Positions 1 through 6,679 are shown, numbered from the stretch's first letter. The stretch: DNA of 44,165 nt from an uncultured Candidatus Saccharibacteria bacterium (GCA_964507275.1 CAZDPG010000001.1:613555-657719); one strand, 5' to 3'. Numbers and translations are program-made. The notes: a model not told the origin generated them from the sequence alone.

Positions 1-656
1 GGAGGACGTTTGTGACCATTAAGGAGCTGCTCGAGAAGCAGGGCTATCAGGTTCGCTTCACTCCACTCAACAGCGCTGACTATGGGAATGTCCCACAGAG
101 TCGTGAGCGAGTGTATATCGTCGGCCTTCGTGAACCGGATGCTTTTAATCGGTTTGAATTTCCCAAAAAAGTTGAACTGACGAAATCAATAGACGATATC
201 CTCGAGCCTGACGTGCATGACAAATATTATTATCGAAGCGGTTGGCTTTATGATCGCATTAAGGACGCGGGGATGCAGCGTGGGCTGGTTTATCAATGGC
301 GACGCATATACCTGCGAGAGAATAAGAGTGGTCTCTGCTTCACGCTGACAGCGAATATGGGCACGGGCGGGCATAATGTGCCCCTCATACGCGATGGGAA
401 AGGGTTGAGGCGTCTTACTCCACGGGAGTGCGCGCGACTGCAAGGGTTCCCAGATAGTTTCAAATTCCCTAGTTCGATTCCTGAGTCGCGCATGTACAAG
501 CAGATAGGGAACTCTGTGACCGTGAGTGTTATTGAGCGTATAGCCAGAAACATACGCAAGGCGTTAGAAGCTCCGAACACTCAAGACGGGAGTATTTTTG
601 AGGAAGAAGCTGAGCGAGATACTGTCGGGCAGACGCTCGCAACGTACGTCGCCTGA
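1..656 (+). CDS. DNA (cytosine-5)-methyltransferase, C-terminal ~215 aa (5' end lies outside the window)
   Basis: The frame is open from nt 3 to the TGA at 654-656, so the listed GTG at 12 is not the true start. The translation shows C5-MTase C-terminal motifs: QSRERVYIVG (QxRxR, motif VIII), RRLTPRECARLQGFPDSF (motif IX) and YKQIGNSVTV (GNxV, motif X). Confidence 0.85.
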   Translation, partial: RTFVTIKELLEKQGYQVRFTPLNSADYGNVPQSRERVYIVGLREPDAFNRFEFPKKVELTKSIDDILEPDVHDKYYYRSGWLYDRIKDAGMQRGLVYQWRRIYLRENKSGLCFTLTANMGTGGHNVPLIRDGKGLRRLTPRECARLQGFPDSFKFPSSIPESRMYKQIGNSVTVSVIERIARNIRKALEAPNTQDGSIFEEEAERDTVGQTLATYVA

Positions 657-764
657 GCCGGCGGTCTTTGGCCGTCGTCGCGCCAATAGATTCTTTCAGA
701 AAGCGCTATAAAAAGCGCCAGGTTTGTACTATATAGATTTACCCGCTAAGGCGGTGGAAGACTA

Positions 765-792
765 TTGACAAAAAGTATGGGTAGACTAATCT
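765..792 (+). promoter_or_regulatory. Sigma70-like promoter for the six-gene island operon
   Basis: TTGACA at 765-770, a 16-nt spacer, then TAATCT at 787-792. It lies about 20 nt upstream of the ATG at 814. Confidence 0.5.
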
Positions 793-813
793 ACGCAAAT
801 ACGACTCGCCCTT

Positions 814-1056
814 ATGAAGGATTCAAAGAAAAACGAAAATAAGCAGGAAAAGAGGAAGCGCTTCGAGCGACTAGCGGTATACCGGACTAATGAAGTGCTA
901 CGGAAGCTAAAAGTCCTGAGCAATTGCGGTAATAGGAGCGCCTATGACTACTCGGAAGATGAGGTGAACAAGATATTCTCCGAGATTGAGCGTCATGTGA
1001 AAGACGCTCGCGCAAAATTCTCATTCTCTAAGCAGCAGAGAGAATTTAAGCTCTGA
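814..1056 (+). CDS. Small (80 aa) Lys/Arg-rich, predicted all-helical protein of unknown function; first gene of the island operon
   Basis: ATG-started ORF. Its stop (1054-1056) is 1 nt from the next ATG (1058). The N-terminus is basic (KKNENKQEKRKR) and no known motif was recognised. Confidence 0.55.
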   Translation: MKDSKKNENKQEKRKRFERLAVYRTNEVLRKLKVLSNCGNRSAYDYSEDEVNKIFSEIERHVKDARAKFSFSKQQREFKL

Positions 1057-1057
1057 T

Positions 1058-2941
1058 ATGGCTAAGAAAGAAGCGGCAAAAGACTCATTGTGCTGGCACT
1101 TCCCGGATCTGCAACACGCAGACTCGGAGGGGCTCAATGATCCGCTTCTCCAATATTTTGGTGGTGACTATAACTGGTATATCGCCCGGGAAGTCATACA
1201 GAATTCCATTGATGCTCACGACGATACTAATGATGCTCCAGTCGTAGTGAAATTCGAGAAGCTCTCAATGAAGACCTCGGACATTCCCGGACTCGACGAG
1301 CTCAAAGAGCACCTGAGTGTTTGTCTTGCGCAGGCGAAGGCAGAACAAAATGACCGAGCCGAACGCTATTACGCAGATGCTGTGCGTGCCGCATCTGAGC
1401 CGAAGACGACCGTCCTTCGTGCCTCAGACAGAAACACTACTGGACTCACGGGCGCTGACCGAGATAAGAAGGGGAAGTGGCATAGGCTTGTCCGTGCTGT
1501 CGGTGAGAATCAGGCTACTGGCGTCGGTGGTGGCTCTTACGGCATAGGTAAGGGGGCTCCCTTCGTCGCGTCGCGATTGCGGGCAGTCTACTACTCGACC
1601 AAGAACGAAGCCGGAGAGACTATTTTCCAAGGAAAGGCCCGTCTCATGAGCCATGAGCTCAAGGGAAAAGAATATCGAGGCGTAGGATCCTTTGGCGTGA
1701 AAGGCTATGAATCTGTGCGTGATGCCAAGCTCATCCCGCCGGAGTTTCTTAGGGAAGAGCAGGGGACAGATATCAACATCATTGCGTATGGCGCCATCCT
1801 CGCATGGGCAGATGAACTCGCGACTTCTGTGGTCAAGAATTTTTGGATGGCCATATACTCAGGCCTCTTGGAAGTCGTAATTGTGCAGGGTCTCAGTGAG
1901 ATAGCAATTAATCGAGAGACATTGCGGGCGTGTCTCGAAAAATACTCGCGTGATGAAGCACTTGTCTATTACAGAAGCGTCGTAGAGCCGACGCGCGTGT
2001 TTGAAAAGCCGCTACCACTCCTTGGGTCGTGCCGTCTATTCATACGAATCGAAGAGAAATTCCCTCGCAAGCTGGCGATGATGAGGCGTCCCAAAATGAC
2101 GGTTGATGAATGGAAATTCCCTAAAACGCTCCAGGAGCCCTTCGCTGGAGTCTTCCTATGCGACAACGTTGAAGGGAACATGATTCTTCGCGGGCTTGAA
2201 CCGCCAGAGCATGACAAATGGGATCCGAAGCTCGACGATGGGTCGGGTAAGGAAGCTGTTGATGAAATCCGGGACTGGATTCGGGGCAATCTCATGGAAC
2301 TCGCCGAAGAAGAGAGTGGAGATCCTGAAGAAATTCCCGAGCTCGAGAAATTCCTGCCTTATGACGAAGATTCAGACCGGGTTTCCGAGTCGAATAAAAG
2401 CCGGAGCAAGCCATCTGGCCTAACGAGTGCCGAAGAGAGTGGCATGGAAGTTGGGGCAGATCGCGACGAAAAGCTAGAGGAAGTCGAAGAATTTGTGAGC
2501 AAGCCTTCTTCACGAATCCGTGACGGAGGGGATGGACCGAGCCCAGGCGGACAAAAATCAAAAGGGAGTAGCGGTGGCAATGGCGGGGGTGCAGGAAATG
2601 ACGATGGGCGAGGGGTTGCGCGTATTAACACATCCGCTGCACGGTTCAGAGTTATTTACGCGGGAACTGCAAAATCCGGGATGGCCGAGTATTGCCTGAT
2701 AATCGAACCAGCCGCAGATATAGAAGGTTCTCTCGGCATTGTAGCCATTGGGGATGATTCTGCCGTCTATCCGGTGAACCTTTCCTCTGTTGAAGAGTGG
2801 GGCAGTAAAGGCAAGGAACTCAAACACTCAGGATCGTTCATCGAGGAACTGAAACTGAAGAAGAGCAAGGCCGTGCGGCTTCGGGTCACTACCAAGTCAG
2901 GGTCTCGCTATGCCCTCGGAGTTGAAAATTATGAAAGCTAA
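1058..2941 (+). CDS. GHKL/Bergerat-fold ATPase (MORC/sacsin/HSP90-like ATP-binding module) with an acidic/Gly-rich linker and a C-terminal beta-rich domain
   Basis: N-box ExxxNxxDA in AREVIQNSIDA (E45/N49/D52, nt ~1187-1216). G1-like segment SDRNTTGLTG. G2-like GGGSYGIGKGAPF (nt ~1524-1562). Low-complexity acidic/Gly/Ser linker at ~2305-2615. Confidence 0.8.
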   Translation: MAKKEAAKDSLCWHFPDLQHADSEGLNDPLLQYFGGDYNWYIAREVIQNSIDAHDDTNDAPVVVKFEKLSMKTSDIPGLDELKEHLSVCLAQAKAEQNDRAERYYADAVRAASEPKTTVLRASDRNTTGLTGADRDKKGKWHRLVRAVGENQATGVGGGSYGIGKGAPFVASRLRAVYYSTKNEAGETIFQGKARLMSHELKGKEYRGVGSFGVKGYESVRDAKLIPPEFLREEQGTDINIIAYGAILAWADELATSVVKNFWMAIYSGLLEVVIVQGLSEIAINRETLRACLEKYSRDEALVYYRSVVEPTRVFEKPLPLLGSCRLFIRIEEKFPRKLAMMRRPKMTVDEWKFPKTLQEPFAGVFLCDNVEGNMILRGLEPPEHDKWDPKLDDGSGKEAVDEIRDWIRGNLMELAEEESGDPEEIPELEKFLPYDEDSDRVSESNKSRSKPSGLTSAEESGMEVGADRDEKLEEVEEFVSKPSSRIRDGGDGPSPGGQKSKGSSGGNGGGAGNDDGRGVARINTSAARFRVIYAGTAKSGMAEYCLIIEPAADIEGSLGIVAIGDDSAVYPVNLSSVEEWGSKGKELKHSGSFIEELKLKKSKAVRLRVTTKSGSRYALGVENYES

Positions 2942-3755
2942 AAATATCTCATATCCATATCCTGTTCTGGGAAATGACGACGATGTCGCCGGAAGCTTCG
3001 ATGTCGCGTTCAAACACGTCCTAAAAAGGGATTCAGTAATTTTGCGTCCCACTTATCGCCTCAAGAATAAGACGCTAGAGCGACTAATCAAGAGCAAGGC
3101 GGCTGCGTTCACGCTCGAGCTTGAATGTCCCGGCACATTTTTTCGGAAGACCTTCCACTGCTTCGAGAGCGATCCTGAGTTTTCGGTAAGCTCCAATACA
3201 CTTAGAGAGTATGTCGTCGTCGCCTTCTGTGTCCGCGCTACACAGACGATTCCGAAGTATGAGATGGAAGGTTGCCACCCTGACTATGCTGGTTTTACGT
3301 TCGATATAGGGGCGGGAGATGTATTGGCGATCGGAGGGTTTACATCTTTCAACGCCGAAAAAGATTTCGATCCAATGCAGCCGGCCGTTTCTTCGCTCAT
3401 AGCCATCAAGCCGGGAATTCATGAGTCCGGGCCAATGGTCATTGATTACAGCCAGGACAAGATCCTCATTAAGCTGTCCGTAGCCGATTATAAAAATTAT
3501 GCAGCTGTGAAGGGGAGGGTTTCAGTGGCTGGAATTCTGCATGCGTCGATTGTCTTGCCCGTACTCGCCGATGCGATTCAGCTCATAGCGCTGAATGACC
3601 AAGAGCTTCAGAATACGCATTGGTATAGACGGCTTGAGATCATTTTGCGCCAGCAAAGCCTGCCAATAGAAGAGCCTCTCATTGCGGCGCAGAAAATACT
3701 TAGAAGTCCGATTGAGAGAGCTTTAGCAGGTCTTGCAGACGATAACGACGAATAA
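2910..3755 (+). CDS. Hypothetical protein (281 aa; alternative start ATG 2931 gives MKAKNISYPYPVLGNDDD...)
   Basis: The ORF overlaps the upstream stop (2939-2941) by 32 nt, or by 11 nt from the 2931 start, indicating translational coupling. No nuclease, helicase or NTPase motif was recognised. Confidence 0.7.
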   Translation: MPSELKIMKAKNISYPYPVLGNDDDVAGSFDVAFKHVLKRDSVILRPTYRLKNKTLERLIKSKAAAFTLELECPGTFFRKTFHCFESDPEFSVSSNTLREYVVVAFCVRATQTIPKYEMEGCHPDYAGFTFDIGAGDVLAIGGFTSFNAEKDFDPMQPAVSSLIAIKPGIHESGPMVIDYSQDKILIKLSVADYKNYAAVKGRVSVAGILHASIVLPVLADAIQLIALNDQELQNTHWYRRLEIILRQQSLPIEEPLIAAQKILRSPIERALAGLADDNDE

Positions 3756-3758
3756 GAT

Positions 3759-4568
3759 ATGACAAACCAGAACATATTCCGAGGCATGTACGTCGCAGAG
3801 CTGCGAGACAAGGTTCATTCCGGCGAGTCTTTGCGCAGCTACTTCCAGCGAGATGTCGATTACCCCTCTTCGGCGGTGATAGAGTCGACAATCAAAGTAA
3901 ACCCGGAGAGCCTGAAGCTGAGGTATGCCGAAAAAGAAGAGTCCGTCTTGGATGATCTTGAGAATGCTATCGCTCTCTACGAAGCATTCCCTGGATTGAA
4001 TGAGACGCAGGCATCTGACACGCGACTGTGGACGTACCTTACGCACGTATCGCTACGCGATTATGTCGCAAAGCGCTGGCCGCTCTCTGGAAGCTTCGAA
4101 CAAGTCTCGAAAGATGCGAAAGCGAAGGAAGCGGCAACAAACTACATTCTTAGCCACTGGTTCGCGACCGGCGGTAACGACCGTTCTCTCCGCCGAAACG
4201 CTGTCGCACGTTTGTGGTGGGCGGTCCGACTGACAAGGGCGCCATGGGAGAGGGATCCAGAATTTTTTGCAGACCTCAATAAGGAAACTGACCCGTATCA
4301 TTTCACTCGCGTTCTCTTCTCTACGCAGGACATCTACCAGCAGGTGCTCGAACGAGCGCTTGGACGTGATAACCGCCTGCTCGTCACGATTCTTGAGTTT
4401 ATTGCCGAGCACCCTGACATTAAGCGTGAAGAGATTCGTGACTTTATGAAGGAACTCAATCTAGCGCTCTCCATCAGGAATTTCTCTCTGTTAGACAGAC
4501 AAGAAATGCGCAAGGCGGTCTTTAGTATCGGGAAGTCTCAATTGACGACCGAACACTCGGCAACATAA
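3759..4568 (+). CDS. Hypothetical protein (269 aa) with Trp-rich motifs (TRLWTYLTH, SHWFATGGNDRSLRRNAVARLWWAVRL)
   Basis: The ATG is 3 nt after the upstream stop. It appears helical and no catalytic motif was recognised. Confidence 0.7.
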   Translation: MTNQNIFRGMYVAELRDKVHSGESLRSYFQRDVDYPSSAVIESTIKVNPESLKLRYAEKEESVLDDLENAIALYEAFPGLNETQASDTRLWTYLTHVSLRDYVAKRWPLSGSFEQVSKDAKAKEAATNYILSHWFATGGNDRSLRRNAVARLWWAVRLTRAPWERDPEFFADLNKETDPYHFTRVLFSTQDIYQQVLERALGRDNRLLVTILEFIAEHPDIKREEIRDFMKELNLALSIRNFSLLDRQEMRKAVFSIGKSQLTTEHSAT

Positions 4569-4578
4569 TTTTCCTCAT

Positions 4579-4983
4579 ATGTACCCATATAAACTCTTTA
4601 TCAGCCATTCCTGGTCATACAGTGATCAGTATGACGGATTGTTAAAACTGCTCAGAAATGAGCCACGCTTCGACTTCCGAAACTATTCTGTTCCAAAAAA
4701 TGATCCGATCCATAATGCACCAAATTCTGCTGCACTCTCGGAGGCGATCAGAAATCAAATGGTGTTCTGTGACGTCATTCTTATCGTGGTCGGGGTTTAT
4801 TCAAGCTACAGCAAATGGATAATCAAAGAGATTGCCATCGCACAGTCCTTCTCCAAGCCGAAGCCGATTCTAGCCATTGAGCCGTGGGGAAGCTATCGGA
4901 CTTCGTATGTGAAGGAGCATGCGGACGCCACAGTTGGGTGGAACGGAGCATCCATCGTCTCTGCAATAAGGAGTCTCGCATAA
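4579..4983 (+). CDS. Stand-alone TIR-like domain protein (DUF1863 / ThsB-like TIR family)
   Basis: N-terminal YKLFISHSWSYSD strand motif, and SKWIIKEIAIA (SxWxxxE, Glu84 at nt 4828-4830), which is typical of TIR NADase folds. The protein is 134 aa, a single domain. Confidence 0.75.
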   Translation: MYPYKLFISHSWSYSDQYDGLLKLLRNEPRFDFRNYSVPKNDPIHNAPNSAALSEAIRNQMVFCDVILIVVGVYSSYSKWIIKEIAIAQSFSKPKPILAIEPWGSYRTSYVKEHADATVGWNGASIVSAIRSLA

Positions 4984-4984
4984 T

Positions 4985-5539
4985 ATGAGTCCTGAGGAGA
5001 TTGATTTGAAGCTTTTCACTTCGCCAAACGATCAGTACGGCGATAAATATACTGAGCACCTGCTTGAGCAGTACAAGAACTATGTAGCTGCGACGGAGGC
5101 AGTAAGTGATAGGCGTTATAAGACAAACGAATTTTTCCTGGCCGTTAATACTGCTCTCGTAACATTGCTTGGGTTCATCGTGGTTCAACAAACTAGCCAC
5201 CACACGAGTATTCTAGCCCTCTCTTCAGTAGCGGGGATTGCTCTGGATTACCTCTGGTATCGAATCATACGTTCGTACCAAGGTTTGAACAGCGGGAGGT
5301 TTAAGGTCATCAGCATTATTGAACGGCGCCTACCTCTTGCTCTTTACGATACGGAATGGGAGGTACTGGGTAAGGGCAAGAACAGAAATTTGTATTGGCC
5401 CTTTACACAAATAGAACGTGGCATACCTTGGATTTTCATCAGCATTTTCCTGGTACTGCTATTCATAGTCACTTATCCACTTGATCACAGCATCTGGCTC
5501 CATGCTTATTCTATTGTGACGACTGGTCACTTTAAATAG
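4985..5539 (+). CDS. 3-TM membrane protein, SLATT-like (N-terminal cytoplasmic helix + TM hairpin + C-terminal TM)
   Basis: The ATG is 1 nt after the TIR gene stop (TAATATG). Hydrophobic spans are FFLAVNTALVTLLGFIVVQ, ILALSSVAGIALDYLWYRII and IPWIFISIFLVLLFIVTY. Confidence 0.7.
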   Translation: MSPEEIDLKLFTSPNDQYGDKYTEHLLEQYKNYVAATEAVSDRRYKTNEFFLAVNTALVTLLGFIVVQQTSHHTSILALSSVAGIALDYLWYRIIRSYQGLNSGRFKVISIIERRLPLALYDTEWEVLGKGKNRNLYWPFTQIERGIPWIFISIFLVLLFIVTYPLDHSIWLHAYSIVTTGHFK

Positions 5540-5626
5540 CTTAGTCTCGCCATTTTCTTGGTACTCGCTACGCATTTCCCATAGATATGGCTCAGTTCGG
5601 AAAAGAGGTAATCGTGGGCACAAAGT

Positions 5627-5656
5627 AAAAGCACCTGAAAGGGTGTTTTTCTTTTT
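5627..5656. terminator. Hairpin plus T-tract ending the island operon
   Basis: AAAAGCACC / GGTGTTTTT arms around the loop TGAAAG, followed by CTTTTT. The A and T arms make it potentially bidirectional. Only 4 G:C pairs, so it is weak. Confidence 0.5.
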
Positions 5657-5699
5657 AGGCATCTGCTAGTATTGTCGATGGAACAGTCCCGTAGTTAAA

Positions 5700-5950
5700 C
5701 TGAGATCGTGAAGGAGCCTTTCTTATGCCAGTGTGTTTCAAGATTAGGACAGCGAGCGGAGTGCGGAATCCACGTCCTTCCCCAAGGGAACGAACCGGGA
5801 GGCCGCAGTCGCGGAATCAGGACGAAATCGATGCAGGAAAGATTGCTCGTTTCCGTCGCAAACAGCGGCAAGCGCGCCGCACAGAAAATCCTGCCGAATA
5901 ACCCCGGCTGGGTAAATCGAAAAGGCCCGAACGCAAGTATCGGGCCTTGG
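5700..5950 (+). ncRNA. Unassigned structured-RNA-like region (candidate cis-regulatory leader or small RNA)
   Basis: Stop-free on both strands and densely self-complementary: CCGC/GCGG 5803-5814, GCGGC/GCCGC 5865-5880, GCAGGA 5833-5838 / TCCTGC 5889-5894, and a terminal 9-bp hairpin at 5922-5948. It lies directly upstream of the cobalamin adenosyltransferase gene. Confidence 0.3.
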
Positions 5951-5979
5951 TGTTGCAAGGCAGAGGTATACTGAAAACC

Positions 5980-6513
5980 ATGCTTTATACCGGGAAAGGG
6001 GATGGAGGGACGACGACGGCCTTCGGATGTAATCAGCAGCGGATATCGAAGTCATCCGAACTTCCAGAAGCACTAGGAGCGCTCGATGAGTTGAATGCTT
6101 TTCTCGGCTTCGTGAAGATGCGTGCGACAGAAGATAAGCGTATCGCCGGTACGGTGCGCGACGTGCAGGAGACCCTTTTCATTATTCAGGCGGGTGTGGC
6201 AGGTGCTGACAAAAGAGTAGGGGAGAATACTGTGAAAGAGGTGGAGGACATGGTGAACGGGATAGAAAAAGAAATCCCTCCCCTGAAAGGCTTCTCGATC
6301 TCAGGAGGCACAGAGCTGTCCGCGCTTCTCGATGTGGCGCGGACGCTTGCCCGGAAGGCCGAGCGGCGGCTTATCGCTGCGCATGACGCTGGCGCGTGTG
6401 CTCTTCCGTCCGAGACGAAAGCCTATATGAATCGGCTTTCCTCACTGCTTTTTGCGCTCGCGCGGCTTGCGAATCATCATGTGGGCATCGCGGAGGAGAA
6501 TCCGCGGTATTAA
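5980..6513 (+). CDS. PduO-type ATP:cob(I)alamin adenosyltransferase
   Basis: N-terminus MLYTGKGDGGTTTAFG...ALGALDELNAFLG matches the family signature (xYTxxGDxGxT ... EAxGxxDELN). The listed TTG start at 5947 adds 11 unsupported residues. Confidence 0.85.
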   Translation: MLYTGKGDGGTTTAFGCNQQRISKSSELPEALGALDELNAFLGFVKMRATEDKRIAGTVRDVQETLFIIQAGVAGADKRVGENTVKEVEDMVNGIEKEIPPLKGFSISGGTELSALLDVARTLARKAERRLIAAHDAGACALPSETKAYMNRLSSLLFALARLANHHVGIAEENPRY

Positions 6514-6550
6514 TCCGCTCCTCTCGAAGTGAGCATTCTTCTCGTTTTCG

Positions 6551-6559
6551 TGTTATAAA
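6551..6559 (+). promoter_or_regulatory. Extended -10 element (TGtTATAAA) upstream of tRNA-His
   Basis: TG at 6551-6552 and TATAAA at 6554-6559, 13 nt before the tRNA 5' end. Confidence 0.35.
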
Positions 6560-6572
6560 AAATCTCGTGCAT

Positions 6573-6645
6573 GGCGGCTATGGTGTAATGGTTAACACTG
6601 GAGCTTGTGGAGCTCTCGATCAGGGTTCAATTCCCTGTAGCCGCC
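6573..6645 (+). tRNA. tRNA-His (anticodon GTG) with genome-encoded G-1; no encoded CCA
   Basis: Hand-folded cloverleaf: G-1, acceptor GCGGCTA/TAGCCGC, D stem GTGT/ACAC, anticodon stem GGAGC/GCTCT with loop TTGTGGA, T arm CAGGG-TTCAATT-CCCTG, discriminator C. Confidence 0.9.
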
Positions 6646-6679
6646 CTTGATTTTCGCCCGCGCGTGCTACTATCCGGTT

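Noticed and set aside
5459-5662. 67-aa minus-strand ORF starting inside the operon terminator
   Set aside because: It overlaps the 3' end of the 3-TM gene and the terminator hairpin, and has no SD or motif. It is probably spurious.
5830-6060. Bacterial RNase P RNA
   Set aside because: AGGAAAG, ACAGAAAA, GGGTAAATCGAAAAGG plus a hairpin, and GCAAGGCAGAGG resemble CR-I to CR-III in the right order. However, the P4 3' strand/ACAGAAnnCGGCTTA element is absent, and the required 3' half would have to overlap the conserved N-terminus of the adenosyltransferase (ATG 5980). I kept it only as a hypothesis to test with cmscan.
5695-6073. ORFs of 87-109 aa on both strands (5695..5958 -, 5708..5974 +, 5744..6073 -)
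   Set aside because: They overlap one another in a GC-rich, hairpin-dense non-coding region, and the last one runs into the adenosyltransferase start. There is no SD or motif, so the region is better explained as structured RNA.
6573-6645. tRNA-His as the integration site of the left-hand island
   Set aside because: The tRNA is about 0.9 kb from the island boundary, with the adenosyltransferase gene and the structured region in between. No integrase and no duplicated tRNA 3' segment were seen, so the link is not supported within this window.
6647-6679. Upstream TTG start of the 224-aa ORF
   Set aside because: It would begin 2 nt after the tRNA-His 3' end and upstream of the TGcTACTAT -10 element. 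ATG 6680 gives a normal N-terminal signal anchor.
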